Shown here: positions 39,655-53,204 of the stretch, piece after piece
How the letters are laid out: each line of letters opens with the position of its first letter
Position numbering within the stretch: position 1 is the first letter of the stretch
Assembly (NCBI RefSeq): GCF_006345805.1
Contig: NC_042997.1
Location: forward strand, 141,422,001 to 141,486,000
Reading direction: 5' to 3'
From: Octopus sinensis
Lineage: Eukaryota
Length of the DNA: 64,000 nt
Made by a program: the position numbers and the translations under genes
The notes under the pieces: model-generated
Told to the model about the DNA's origin: nothing
Database searches by the model: none
Seen by the model: only the letters and a program-made list of their open reading frames with translations

Positions 39655-41509
39655 TTGAACATAAATGTTTCAATCGATATATCTAAGAAGCTATTAAAAA
39701 CGACTAAGCACCATTTAGCACGCTTTCAGTTACGTGGCCTTTGACATCAATTGACAGCTCATATGAGTATGTCTACCTGTCTGTGTGAGTCTCTTTTAAA
39801 AGTTTCTCCTCCTCGAAAAATAATTAGAAAAGAGGAAACGTAAGATTGTTATATTTTGACGGAGTTTAGCGACAGATTGAGAAAATATGCAAACTGTATC
39901 GAGATATCGATTGACTGTCTTTCATTCTACCATCATGGAGAGAACTCAAAGTCTAAAATTCTTTCTTTAGTTTTACATACAAGTTACGTCACACACATTT
40001 TAAACGAATACTCTCTTATCGCCCTTCGCACAGATAGCAGAGAAAGCCATACGTATCAGACAGGATTTGATCTCAGAGTCAAAGAGTTAGAAATTAAATA
40101 TTTTAATATATTTAGTCAGTTGTTTTACTTCCTCACCCAGTTCTTCAGTTCTTTAGCCTAGAGTAAAATATTTGTTTCGGAAACTATTATCAATAGCATC
40201 AATATACAACAACAATAAATTTTAAAGAAAAAAGATGCGCTTTAATTACAAACTGGATTCTCTACAAACAACTGCTAGATTCTAGCTTAATTAGTCTATA
40301 GAGACAAAGACATAAGGATATTAATGATTTTATATCGTCTAACATGCAAATTGTATCGTAAGTGAATGAAAAGAAAATACTATTAAATGATAATTACTCA
40401 ATATTAAAACGAAAAAAAGAAAAAATATCGTGGTATTTTTCAAAAAGAGAAAATATAACAGCTAATTAGACAGAAAAAGAAAATTAAACCAATAGTTGAA
40501 AAGATTTTATCAAAGTCATTAATGTTTAGCGTCAATAAAAGTAAGGCATTATTATCCAAGGCAGTGGCGAATACAATGAAACGAAGAAAAAATCTTGGAA
40601 GTAATATAAAACATTTAAATATAAACCAATCTGAGGAAAACCTACAGTTCATCTAAAAGCAGAAGCCAACATAGATTGTCGTTGTTAGATTTTTAATTAA
40701 TCCTGGAGGTTAATTTCATTTTTTTATTCTTGACAATATAAATTCTATTTTTAATGTAAAAATCACTAATTTCATTACTTTTTTTTTTTTTTTCGATTTT
40801 CTGGTTTAATTCCTATGTAAAATAGATTATCAGAACTTTTGACTCACTTATTGAGTGTCATGTAATCATCACTGAAATATTCTTTTTAAAAAATCCAGAA
40901 AATGTACGGTTATGCTATTATCCTCAGTTTCCAAGCGTAGGGTCCCGGTTATCAGAGTCCCCCCTCTCCCTCATTTTTCATCTCTCTCTCTCTCTCTTCT
41001 TCTCTCTCTCTTTCTCTTTCTCTATCCAAAGATATATCTCTAAGTAAGGAAATCCTACTCTGTGTCCCATTTCTAAGGCACTGCCCGCCATCGCCTATCA
41101 CACTTACTCCTAATATCTCGAAGGGACCAGCAGCAATTAACAACGACATTCCCCAGTACGCTGAATTCTCATCTTAATGATCACCAGTACAACGACCCTA
41201 AAGCTAAATCTACTTTAGACCTAATTATATCAGAAGGCAAGAGGAAGCTATGGCCTCGAGCCTTCCTCCAGACATAACTAATTAAAAAAGAATTATTTTA
41301 AAACATTACAAGGCAACAGTTTTGCGGAAAAGTTCAATGAAAATGTGGCGTACGTAGATTTCATCTTTTATCGGTTAGTACAGTCTGCACTGTGACGAAC
41401 GAAATAACAACTGTCAGTATTTAGTTGTGTCTCTGTAGGTTCTAAGCTGAAATCTTGCCTAGGCTAATTTGATTCTTCCTACGCATGGATGAAATTAAAA
41501 TATCTTTTC

Positions 41510-42075
41510 TATTATAGGCACAAGGGATGAATTCTGATGGGGGGGGGAGTCGATTACATCGATCCAAGTGTTTATCTGGTGCTTATCTTATCGACCCCGA
41601 AAGGATGAAAGGCAAAGTTGACCTCGGCAGAATTTGAACTCAGAACGTAACGGCAGACAAAATACCTATTTCTTTACTACCCACAAGGGGCTAAACACAG
41701 AGAGGACAAACAAGGACAGACAAACGAATTAAGTCGATTATATCGACCCCAGTGCGTAACTGGTACTTATTTAATCGACCCCGAAAGGATGAAAGGCAAA
41801 GTCGACCTCGTCGGAATTTGAACTCAGAACGTAACGGCAGACGAAATACCTATTTCTTTACTACCCACAAGGGGCTAAACACAGAGAGGACAAACAAGGA
41901 CAGACAAACGAATTAAGTCGATTATATCTACCCCAGTGCGTAACTGGTACTTAATTTATCGACCCCGAAAGGATGAAAGGCAAAGTCGACCTCGGCGGAA
42001 TTTGAACTCAGAACGTAACGGCAGACGAAATACCGCTAAGCATTTCGCCCGGCGTGCTAACGTTTCTGCCAGATC
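41510..42075 (-). mobile_element. SINE concatemer: head plus 3 units of 184 bp
   Basis: tcgaccccgaaagg at 41591, 41775 and 41959. Confidence 0.9.
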
Positions 42076-42187
42076 GCTGTCTTTGAAGAGATCAAAATAT
42101 ATTAACAATTAGCAGTCGATATATCGAATACACTCTCCCTATAAAGTGTCTAGTTTCGTACCTACACTACTAATCTTTATCGTTTAA

Positions 42188-43035
42188 CTAACCTAAGTAC
42201 CCGGCGTTGCTCGTAAGTTTAAAGAATGTTAAAGGAAATAAATATATTTATTCTGATAAAAAAATATATTTTCAGAAAAATTCTATCAGATGACGTGAGT
42301 TTAAACAAAATTATTAAAGCAAAGCCTGAAATCAATCAGAGATTAATTTTGTAGAACTTCTAAACATACAATGTTTTCAGTGTGTCCTTTAACTGGAGTA
42401 CAAATAAAATGAGTTTTGGGACTTCCAACTCGCGAACATCCTACATATAATTGCCCATGCGAGGAGCAAGGAGAAACAAGGTTAAGTTCAACGACCTTGA
42501 GAGATTGTCCTTCAGATTTGTTTATCGACATAGCAAAACTTAGTTTCACTAGACTTGGAGCCATTTAAAATTCAAAGGGGAGGTCATATGGGATTAACGG
42601 GATCCGTGGAATGAAAACATCTTCACCCTTATGAAGGGTGAATGAAGACATCCTCCCCAGTCTAGTGCTATTGCGCAATGAGGTGGATCCAGATTCCTGT
42701 GCACCATGATTTGGGCCCCCTTTTAAACTATGTTAAGCTGTGAGGTGGCATCCCAGATAGAGGTAGAGAGCTCAGGAACTCAGTTGGAAAAATTACAGCT
42801 TGGTCCTGATCAATGACAAAGTCGATGGATGTGAAAGACCGTTCTTGTTTTGGCCACAACTGCAAGATATCCCAGTTGATTTTGTCGACAGCATCATTAC
42901 CTGGAGTAAGATGGCTCACTCACATAGCCATTGGCTGTTGCTAAAGTTTTGTGCAATGCTTGGAAACGCATGCATTTTGAGATCATTGACAGTTGGTACC
43001 ATCTCACCACAGGGTAGTTTGTATTGCTGTTGAAT
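42188..43035 (-). mobile_element. Helitron 3' end: decayed PIF1-like helicase C-terminus plus terminus
   Basis: WLCE*AILTPGNDAVDKIN, FPTEFLSSLPLSGMPPH, FAMSINKSEGQSL, SHGQLYVGCSRVGSP, NIV; 3' acgagcaacgccgggt followed by TTAG|T. Confidence 0.9.
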
Positions 43036-43473
43036 GTCTCTATATAAATGATAGCAAAATATGTATGGAATTAAAATTCTGGTTCGATCAAGCTAGTAAA
43101 GTTTAAGCGTTTTTGGTAACAACATATTCTCTCTTCTAATTAAATATTGAAAAAGAGAGAAAATGCCACCCTCTCTTTTTCAAGAGAAATTAAGTTAGCT
43201 TGGCTCGTGTATAGTGCATGACATCGCCTCTAACCCTTTCCAATATCTAATATGTTCATTTATGACCTTTAGACCTTTTTGGAGGGTGAAATATAATAGG
43301 GTTAAGGAGGATGCTCGGGAGAGGCTGGAAGGTTAGGGGAGGTTTCTCACCCCCTTCCCCTTTACCCGGTGATATAATCGAGAAGGGTATAGGGAAGGGT
43401 AAAGAAAGACACTGCAGCCCCACCTTTGGGAGAGGAGGCGTTACCCCCACCCTTTACCGGTTAGTATGTAATG

Positions 43474-43800
43474 TTATCAGCATACAATATTTTTTAATCT
43501 CTATCCAAGTATAATTACTCACATCTGATTTAAAATAGAAATATCCAATAAGTCGAGTTGTTCCAAAAATAATAAAAATAGGTAATGTAAGTTATCTGCA
43601 TATAATATTTTTAATCCATATCAAAGAATAAATACTCACATCGGATTTAAATGTGAAATATCAAGTGTTAATAAAGCGAGTTGTTCCAAAACTATCCAAA
43701 ATATGTATTAGAAGTTTATCAAGATATAGTATTTTCTAATCCCTAACCAAGTAGAAGTAGTCACAACGGATTTGAATATGAAATATCGAGTGTAATCTAG
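43474..43800. repeat. Diverged minisatellite, about 120 bp x 3
   Basis: ttatc..ata.aatatttt.taatc..tcaca.c.gattt.aa...gaaatatc at 43474, 43592 and 43716. Confidence 0.8.
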
Positions 43801-46569
43801 CTACTTTTCTTAGGTCCATTCCACAAAAAATTATTTGAATAACTCATGTCAATATCTCCAACTTATGTCACGAGAATACTGAACATTAACATTTATAAAG
43901 TTTATCGTATAAATTGAAAGATACCTAAAAGACAGAATGAATATCTTATATCAATGTAATAAGAGTTTTCACCGGGCGGGCGTCTGTATGAAGACCTTTC
44001 GTTATTTAGAAACCATACTGTTTCTTTTTCTTCAGAAAATTACATAAGGTGTGTGTAACATCGAATTTTAAGTTTTACATTACAGAAATTCCAGTTCTTC
44101 TCGGAGGGGTTGCAGGGGCTTAACTCCGGCCCTACTGTAAACAAATTTATGGTTTAGGGTTACTGTTAGGGTTAGTATTAAGCGAGTATGGTATTTAAAT
44201 ATTTACCAAACTTTTATCCAGTTACAATTATGTATATCAGTGAAAGTGTTGGCGTGAATGCGCGCTCAATAGTTTAGTCACTGGCTCAGTACCTAAAGTT
44301 GTGTTCTTCATTCCAAAATAATAAAAACTTTAACATACTTCCAAAATGAGACTTCGTCGATGTGTACCCGCGTGCGTGTATGTGCAGGTGTCTGTGTGGG
44401 GATGGATAAGTTAGTGCGCAAGAAAAATATTTACGGAAATGTACACATAATAATTCTAACAAAATAAGTTATCTTTATATGCCATGTTTGCAATTCTCCA
44501 TATAAATTATAGCAAAGTGTCTATTAAATGAAATTAAAATCCTGGTGCAGTGACAGATCAATCAAACTAAAGTTGTTTTGGTAACAGCATATTCTCTCTT
44601 CTAATTAAATATTGAAAAAGTGAGAAAATGCAACCCTCTCTTTTGCAAGAGAAATTAATTTTGGCGGTAAGGACTAAACCCCTTTTTCCATTATCACAAT
44701 TAAAAATCGGTTTATCTTTACTTCCAAAAAAGAGATGGCTTCGTAGAAGTGTGACGGATAATTATTCACTATCGGGTTTGTTTCTAACAGAATCGTTTAC
44801 CTTTAAAGCGAAAAAACCAAAACCGACGTATACGACTGGTTTGTAAAACATATTTCTGTTTACTTGTTCTGTTCATCCGCATAAGATGTAGAAATTGCTG
44901 CACGCGCGCAAACACAAACACAGAAATTTTCCAGACATTTAGCTGTTATTTTTAGCCGCTCACATTCAGTTCTAGACAACGGGATGGGGTGTATTGATGT
45001 CTATAAAAGGAAAAGGCTGGTACCAGTAACGTTGTATACATTGCTGTCAGCACGAAAAATCCTGCAACAAATACTGTACGACATCTCATCCATCTACTCA
45101 CAGTTTTACCAATCTCGCTTTCTGAAACGGCACTTCTTTTCCATCCAGAGAGGTTGAAAGGCAAAGCTGGCCTCGATGAGAATTGAACTTAAACTACGAA
45201 GAGTCGGAACAAATATGACGAAGCATCATATATAACACTCTCACAATTTTGTCAATTCGCTGCTATGTATGCAACGAAAGTGAAATTAATTAGCTACAGA
45301 CGGATGTCATAACTTATGACTTACCTAACTTAGAATTTACGTAACGAGCTACCTGGACGTCAGGGCTATGTAACTCGCTACGAATTAATGAATAGATAAA
45401 TTAGATATTTAAAAAAGAGAGAGACGGGAAATAATTTTGCACTCGCTCTATATATTTCTTAATTAAATTAAAATGTTTCCTATCATGTTTCATCATTTAC
45501 ATATTGTTCTATCACTTATTTATTGTTGTACTCGCGTTATTAGATCACGTTGACAAAAGTTCATTAAATGAAGCAAAATTCGATCAATTCTTTGTTAATT
45601 ATAATTTACAGCATTTTATTGCAAAAATAAATATTTTAAACTGAACTTTTATATTCATGTTTTAATTCGTCCTCTATTTATAGTTTCTAATTTCATTGTT
45701 TGTACTTTATGTGTTTCATTTTTATTGCAAAACGAAAAAGTAAAGTAAATTTTAATTAGTGATATATAAATAGATATTTTCGTAGCAGAAAATAAAAACA
45801 GTTAAAATATATGACACGTTATTATTAAATTTTCTTATGGTTAGTAATGAATTAAAGGGAAAACAGCAGCTGCTGCTGTTCGTGTTGCTAGAGATATTGC
45901 AGGAAGTCAGTCAATTAAAATCACCTGATGGTAGATGAAAGTAATTGAAATCGGTATCTAATTCTACCCCTAAAAGAATAAAATAAAACGAATTAACAAT
46001 TAAATTAAGAAGTGGGGAAAAAACACCGTAATCGACGAGTTGAGTGGCGTCGAAACTAGATTTTAATAACGAAAATGAATTTTTTTTTTTTCCCAGTGTT
46101 TTCGCTCAAAATTAATTTCACAGAAAATGAAATCTTCATATAATGTTCAGAGATTCGCTGATATAAAGTTTGTTTAATAACGTCCATAGGAGGTAACCAC
46201 AAACCTTGATACCAAAGCCATTCACTTAATGTGAATTTTTTTCTTACGATTGGATAAGTTGGGGAAAATAGGAGAGAGCTTAATTAAATGAAATTCAGGA
46301 TGGCTTCGTAGTTAAAACGTTCGTTTTGCAACCATCAGATTCCTAGTTCGAGCATATTGCATGGTATCTTGAGTAAGTAGCTTCTAACATATTTTGAGAT
46401 TGACCAAATATCTTCTAAGTTAAATTTTGTGCTCGTAAAATGTACATATGCATGAATTTTACTGAGTAAAGGTTTATGATCTGTTCTGACTGTCAATCTT
46501 GTTCGATGGCAACGTTGTAAAGGAAATGACCATGTTCCCTTCGTAAGCTATTCATTCTTTTAATTTAAA

Positions 46570-47110
46570 AAAGCATTTCAGATTTATCATGCCTTTGATG
46601 TCGTAATCACTTGTAGTGTGCGAATTATGTAATAACATTCTTTCTCCAAGAATTCAGGCGCAGGAATGATTTGATCCTGGCGTGTTGGTACACCTCTCTC
46701 TAAAATAATGGGTTTGATTCTGAAACTGAATTTTGGAGACTGGATTAACAAATTCCTTATCAATATCCTATACATGTCGTCTTTCTCTTATATTTTTCTG
46801 AGCACATTAATGTTGAGTAATTGATATTCACGATAGAATATTTGTTATTCATTTTTGATTCCAAACATCAAGTTGTTATGTTTTTATTTAGTTGTTTTTA
46901 ATTTGAAGGCCCACTATTTTTTTATTTTTTTCGCATTCTACTTCAAATTCTTCTGGCTTCAACATCATGCCTCTCAGGGAGGTAGCACCTGGAGGGTAAT
47001 CTTTACAGTTGGCGATAATGTGGTTAATGTCTTCGGTATTGGTTTTACATAGCCAGCCTACATTTTTGTTAGTTGATGCTTTGTTTTCCATGGTACTTGG
47101 TGAGCATTCC
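46570..47110 (-). mobile_element. Decayed R4/Dong-like LINE 3' fragment
   Basis: LCKTNTEDINHIIANC zinc knuckle; layout like 34200-35097. Confidence 0.6.
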
Positions 47111-48574
47111 TAGCTAACAGATAGCATGGAGGTAACTTTCAAGGTGAGCTGCTACAAACCTACCAGTACTCTGCGCTAGGCTTTGCATGCTTTATTCTTT
47201 CTTTGGTTTGAGATTTGTCTGAAATACTTGTGTGCAATCTCTTCAGCGTTCATTAGGATTTTTTGTGGGAAATCTGTTAGGTAAGATTAAATTGTTTGCC
47301 CAGGTCGGGACAAAACTCAGAGTAAACTGTCAACATTTTTTAATGACAAACACGTATGCACACATATGTGTGTATGCGCTTTTGTTTTTGCCTGTGTTCA
47401 TTTGTTTACAACCTCGTAAGTTAGTTGTTCGACGAATAGAACAAATACCAGATTTTAAAAATTTGTACCTGTATGCAACCTCTTCAGTCTTCATTAGGAT
47501 TTTTTGGAAAATCTGTTGGGTAGATTATATAAAAGAATTCCTTCATTGCATCTGATTCACAACTGTTCCTATAAATAATGTACTTGCCTTACTAATATTT
47601 TGCTTTCGCTCAAAGACTAAAAACATACGCTACCAGAACCATTTGAATAAAAATATAATGACGTCACATTTTCCGTTTAAAATATTTTTTTATTTCAGGA
47701 GGAAAGTGTGACGTTATGTTATTCATATTAGTGGATTATTTATAGATGGGTATCAGAGGTTCCGAATATTCAAAGAGAAAATATATTAATGGCAGACTTA
47801 AGACTACCATTTTGTCGTAATGTGATGCTTCTACTTATTCTTTTCAAGTAAATAATTACTCTGTCATTTTAACAAGTTGTCATTTGGAGAATGCTTTTAG
47901 TGCATTATGTTTCGCTCTTTACCGATATACAACTAACTGGCAATTACCACTGTCAAAACATCATATCAAGCTAAAGGCCTGTAAACTGTTTTATTTTAAA
48001 CACTTCAAAATTAATTGAAGATTGAACAAAAAAACAAAGACTTGACATTATAATTGTTTGTCTACTTTAATTTGTTATTCAGACGAATATTCTCTAAATA
48101 TTTTAGTCGTTATGATCTTAAAACAATAATTAGATAACTTCAAAATATATGTATTATAACGACTGATAAGTCAAATATATTATTTCCTTTTAATTCGGCG
48201 TTAATTTGGCATAATAATAATGTTTCAGAAATAACTGTTTTAAAGATATTAGTTTTCTTCGAATCAATTCTCTCTCGAGAAATTTTCTAGTAACAATTGC
48301 TAGTTAATTAGATTTCTTCATGTGGTCTTGAAGGAGTTGAGGTCTTTTAGTTTATAACACAGAAAACTACCTGATCCAGTCAAATGTTCCCACTCGATTT
48401 TTATTTGCAGCAAAGCTATTACATTACATGCGAACGTCGCTAATGTACATTCTTACTACTGTTTGTTTATTTACCACATTGGTTTAAATGAAGCGGAGTA
48501 ATTAAAATGTATAACTTTTTAACACTTTTTGAAATAAATTAACAAGTGGTTTCCAATTTTGGTATAAGGCCAGC

Positions 48575-48760
48575 AATTTCGGGGGAAGGGGATAGGTAAG
48601 TCGATTACACTTACCCTAGTGCTCAACTGGTACTTATTTTATAGATCCCCGAAATTATGAAGGGTTTAATCGATCTCAGAACGTAAAATCGAATGAAATA
48701 CGTTAAGAATTTCGCTCGACGTGCAAACCATTTTGCTACCTCACCGCCATGTTAATTAAC
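48575..48760 (-). mobile_element. Decayed SINE
   Basis: gtcgattacacttaccctagtgctcaactggtactta..ctcagaacgtaaa. Confidence 0.65.
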
Positions 48761-48975
48761 AGTGATTCCATTTCAAGTATATTTATCATTTGAAATTAGA
48801 TTATCTACAATCAGAACGCACGCCGGGCAAATTTTGTCCAATGTGGTGACCAAAATGAAAATGGGAGGAGGAAAAGTTCGCGCAAGTTCTTTGGTAGAAC
48901 TATTTCTGTTAGTGGGTAGTATAATTAATTCTCCTTTTAAAACAACCACCTAGCCCTTGGATGTCTTTTGCACAG

Positions 48976-49033
48976 ACCAAGCTGTTGCAAGCATTGAGGT
49001 CAGGTTTCTAATCAAGGGGATACTGGAGGAATC
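48976..49033 (+). CDS. Candidate 58-nt exon (xQAVASIEVRFLIKGILEES)
   Basis: tgtcttttgcacAG acceptor, single open frame, TC|GTGAGT donor. Confidence 0.5.
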
Positions 49034-49099
49034 GTGAGTGTTATTTTTTTCTTCTTTTACCAAGCCATTAAAAACACTGCTTTGAGTATTAATTTTTAG

Positions 49100-49259
49100 A
49101 GACACAACCATCTGGAATTCATTCTCTATCCATGCATTTGTATCCCAAGTATTTCAGATTAAACAAAAACTTACTCGGTCATTTAAAACCCATATCTCAA
49201 TCCTTGAACGGAGAAATTACGTGCATGGGAACTCCCCAGCTCCTCGAACTGAAAATTAA
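49100..49259 (+). CDS. Candidate following exon (DTTIWNSFSIHAFVSQ..PAPRTEN*), or ending early at a donor after 49148
   Basis: 66-nt GT..AG intron from 49034, phase-compatible, 52 open codons to TAA. Confidence 0.35.
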
Positions 49260-49419
49260 CAAAAACAACTGCTAAAACTTTAGCATGAATTATATTAGAT
49301 ACTGTATGCACAGTTTGAAGTACAAAAGAACAAGAGCAATATCTTATAATTTGAAAAAATAGAAAGACAAACGATTTCAAATCTTCTCTGTAGCACAATT
49401 CTTCAACGAGATATATTCT

Positions 49420-49875
49420 TCCTTTTTTCGTGTCTCATACATACAGGCGTCGGTGGTCATGCACCTCACGCTTTCTGATCCCCTCACCCCACGGAACTTT
49501 GCTCATTATTGAATCATTTTCTCCAACCCAGTTGGTAAGACCATCGACTGTTTTCCCTTTCCGTAATATATGGTGGAGTGGCGTGGGGAGTTCTCCCGTT
49601 TCAAAGCTGAAGACTTTTTTCTTTTCATATGAACTGAGTGTTATCTTCTTGTCTCGTTGAGAAGCTTTCTGATGCCCTTTGCTCATCTAACAATCTTGTT
49701 GTTTGTTGCTCTGTCAGCATACCACACCCTCAGTATTTGACTATAGAACCTCATCCATGCAGGATGAATAAGCTTTTGTACTTGTTTGCTGATGCTCAAA
49801 TCTGCACTTATTTGTTGATATTCCATACCACATAACCATATATTGGGGTGGGATCTATGTTTGCCCTTATGCTAT
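49420..49875 (-). mobile_element. RTE-clade LINE 3' remnant
   Basis: PTPIYGYVVWNINK, HHILRK, VDGLTNW and the terminal region resemble the RTE ORF C-terminus; many stops. Confidence 0.6.
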
Positions 49876-50369
49876 AATTATTTACCTCATTCTTATAGAT
49901 CACCGTTTATTTGATAATATATCTTACTAATATACATATTTCATGTTTCATTTGAGGGTATATCACTTTCTGCTGGTGCTTCCATAATGTTTAATAAAGA
50001 GTATTGTATAATAGGAAGTGTATAGAGTGCATATACTGATCATATGACACTAAATATAAACCATAGTTAGACTCACCATAGTACATTCTCTAACTAAGTC
50101 TTTTGTGTGGTGTCCTCTAAAGAGACTAGGTTTCAGCTGGTGTTAACTAGGGGACCGATTAGACGCAGATATCGAGCACAGTCCATTACACGCGTTTCCG
50201 TAGTTTCTGTCTACCCAAACCAAGTTATAAAACTCGAGATCATAGTAGACGATATTTTCCCCAGATGCTACACAATCAGATGGAATGTGGAGTCAAGGAG
50301 TTGATGATCCACACGGAAAAATTGGGCTGAGTAACTGGGCAAATTTTTTCAATAACATTAATATCTTTA

Positions 50370-50615
50370 TGTACATCCTCAAATGCGTCTCTCTTTACTC
50401 TCTTTTACGCTTTTACTTGTTTCAATCATTTGACTGTGGCCATGCTGGAGCACCGCTTTTAGTCGAGCAAATTGACACCAGGACTTATTCTTTGTAAGCT
50501 TAGTACTTATTCTATCGACATCTTTTGCCGAACCGCTAGGTTACGGGGGGACGTAAACACACCACCATCGGTTGTCAAGCGATGTTGGGGGGACAAACAA
50601 ACACACAAACATATG

Positions 50616-50653
<38 letters not shown>

Positions 50654-50812
50654 TATATACGACGGGGTTTTTTGAGTTTCCATCTACCAAATCCAATCAC
50701 AAGGCTTTGGTCCGAGGCTAAAGTAGAAGACACAAGGTGCCACACAAACGGACTGAACTCGGAACCATGTGGCTGGTAAGCAAGCTACTTACTACACAGC
50801 CACTCCTGCGCC
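50370..50812 (-). mobile_element. tRNA-derived SINE
   Basis: ttttacttgtttcaatcatttgactgtggccatgctggagcaccgc..ggactgaactcggaaccatgtggctggtaagc. Confidence 0.85.
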
Positions 50813-50834
50813 TATGGATTTTTCTTTTATAATT

Positions 50835-50882
<48 letters not shown>

Positions 50883-50978
50883 TTATATTATTCGTATACA
50901 AAGATAGTGTAAGTAGCACAAACAGGAAATCTTGCATATTTTTACAATTTCGCAATACCGAACTCATCTCTGCATAAG

Positions 50979-51095
50979 CCATACTTAAAGGAATTATCTG
51001 AAGGCGGCAAACGAATATGTAACGAAATGAAAGAAATATCAAATCACATTTGCCAATATCTAATGCAAAAAGCTTTGTGTCTCTACTTTGCGAGG
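50979..51095 (+). CDS. Candidate 117-nt exon (PYLKELSEGGKRICNEMKEISNHICQYLMQKALCLYFAR)
   Basis: catAG-like acceptor (cataAG), phase 0-0, AGG|GTAATA donor; lies in a longer open frame. Confidence 0.3.
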
Positions 51096-52442
51096 GTAAT
51101 ATTACCAAACACTTACAAATGTATGTTATGCATGCGATTGAATCATAAATGGAATTTGTATACGTAGTTCTTGATGTGAAGTTTCAAATTTTTCAGTTGT
51201 TGCCAGCCAGTATGGCTGCAAATTCATAGTCTGCACATTCATTTCCTGCCCCCCATTCAGTCTGTTTTAGTGCCAGAAAAATAAGTGAGAGAGCAACCTT
51301 CTTTTTAATAATATCACTACTGTGAGATCATTTTATGTGATTAATCATTAACTAAGATTTAAAATGCTATCTGCAAGTAAAATTATCTTCCACTATCTAC
51401 TAGTAGATTATTCACAATTTTTCAAAAACCTGATAATACTGTTGTTATTGTTGTTGTTGTTGTCGTTGTTGTTGTTGTCGTCGTTGTTGTTTAGCCCCGC
51501 TTCAACACGATCATGTACAACATATCCGTTTGGGATTTGTGTTCTCTCATGTTTGAGATGGCGGTGTACGATTTGAGGGAAATTTGGTTTTCAACATGAG
51601 AGGCGAAGATAACTCCTGATGGATTTTATCTAAGATCAACTCAATCGAAATGGATACATTAGTACAAATACAAAGACCACGTTTTATAATATGTTTTTCT
51701 CCTTTTTGAACATATGGTGTGATTGAGGTGAATTTAACATGGCATAACTAGTAGGTTGAATAACCACGAAAAGCGCTAATTTGCTGACTCGCTCACGAAG
51801 AAGCTATTGGAGTTCATCCATTAGAGAGATCCTTAATTATAGTTTAAACATTCAAAACCAGAAAGCAAAACAGAAAAGGCTTTCACTCGCGTTACGGAAT
51901 ATATAAGGAAGTATAGAAATGTCTGATAGCAAATACACAATGAAACGAAAGTAAGTCTATACGAATACCATTTGATGGGGTCAAAGTCAATCTGCATGAA
52001 AACAAGCATATATGTCTTTAAACTCAACAGGAAAAACGGATATTAAATAAGAACGAGAAAGAAAACTAATTCTCGAGCAATAAAAACTTACTTTTATGAC
52101 TTTCAAATAGTTGCAGTGAAACTGTCAGCACCTAAGTCACAGTTATGCGTCAAAAGTTTTGGCCCATGAAATACATATAAATTCAAAGCTTTACAGTTTT
52201 GTGTGTTATCAGATATATACTTCCACGAAGTATTTCCGTCAGTTCCACGGCCTCAGAGCGGATGACCAAAAATTTCTCAAGGTGGTGCCCCAGCACGGCC
52301 GCATTCTTATGACTGAAACAAGTAAAAGACAAAAGATACACACATACACACACAAACACACACTCACACACGCACACATATATATTTATATTTATATATT
52401 TACATATATATATATGTACATATATATATATGCGCGTTTATG

Positions 52443-52473
<31 letters not shown>

Positions 52474-52537
52474 GAATACATACATACATACATACATACA
52501 TACATACACATACATACATACATACATACATATATAC

Positions 52538-52674
<137 letters not shown>

Positions 52675-52699
52675 ATCACTAGCTGGTGATTATCATACA

Positions 52700-52732
52700 A
52701 TGAAGACGGGTAACTACACAGAAACCCGGGTC
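52700..52732 (+). ncRNA. Decayed hammerhead-like motif (sister copy about 59145-59175, - strand)
   Basis: ATGAAGA-cGGGT aact ACACa-GAAACCCGGGTC; palindromic stem III and GUC, but no stem I. Confidence 0.35.
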
Positions 52733-52851
52733 CTAAAATATACTTCATGATAAAATTATTTTACCATTTTCTACTATGTCTTATTTTCTTATTTAACCTT
52801 ATACATATCAACTCGCATGTTACTCTTCTACTTATATATATATATATATAT

Positions 52852-53030
52852 ATATAATAAAATATTAGGGAATAAATCCAAACTTACAGGGAAAAATCAG
52901 ATTTAGGATTAAATCCAATTTTATAGTATAAATATATTATATTAAATTAGAGATAAAACCACTATTAGGCAAATCAAACAATGAAAAACATAAGCCAATA
53001 CATAAAATTAATTAATTTATATTATTTTAA
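52852..53030 (-). mobile_element. Truncated copy of the element that forms the 19249-19645 fold-back
   Basis: attagggaataaatccaaacttacagggaaaaatcagatttagg.. aligns with the reverse complement of 19500-19645. Confidence 0.75.
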
Positions 53031-53204
53031 ATATATATCAAAAGTATTAAAAGTTTAATAAAAGATAAAGAGTAAAACACTAAATATATGTATGTATGTA
53101 TGTATGTTTGTATGTATGTATGTATGTATGTATGTATGTTGTATGTATGTATGTGGGTGTGTATGTATGTATGTATGTATGTATGTATGTATGTATGTAT
53201 GCAT

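Noticed and set aside
39856-40161. 101-aa non-repetitive ORF
   Set aside because: Starts at TTG, no recognisable motif, no convincing donor; within chance expectation for 64 kb
48900-49400. Possible minus-strand LINE RT remnant
   Set aside because: Similarity too weak; + strand splice-site-bounded open frames explain the segment better
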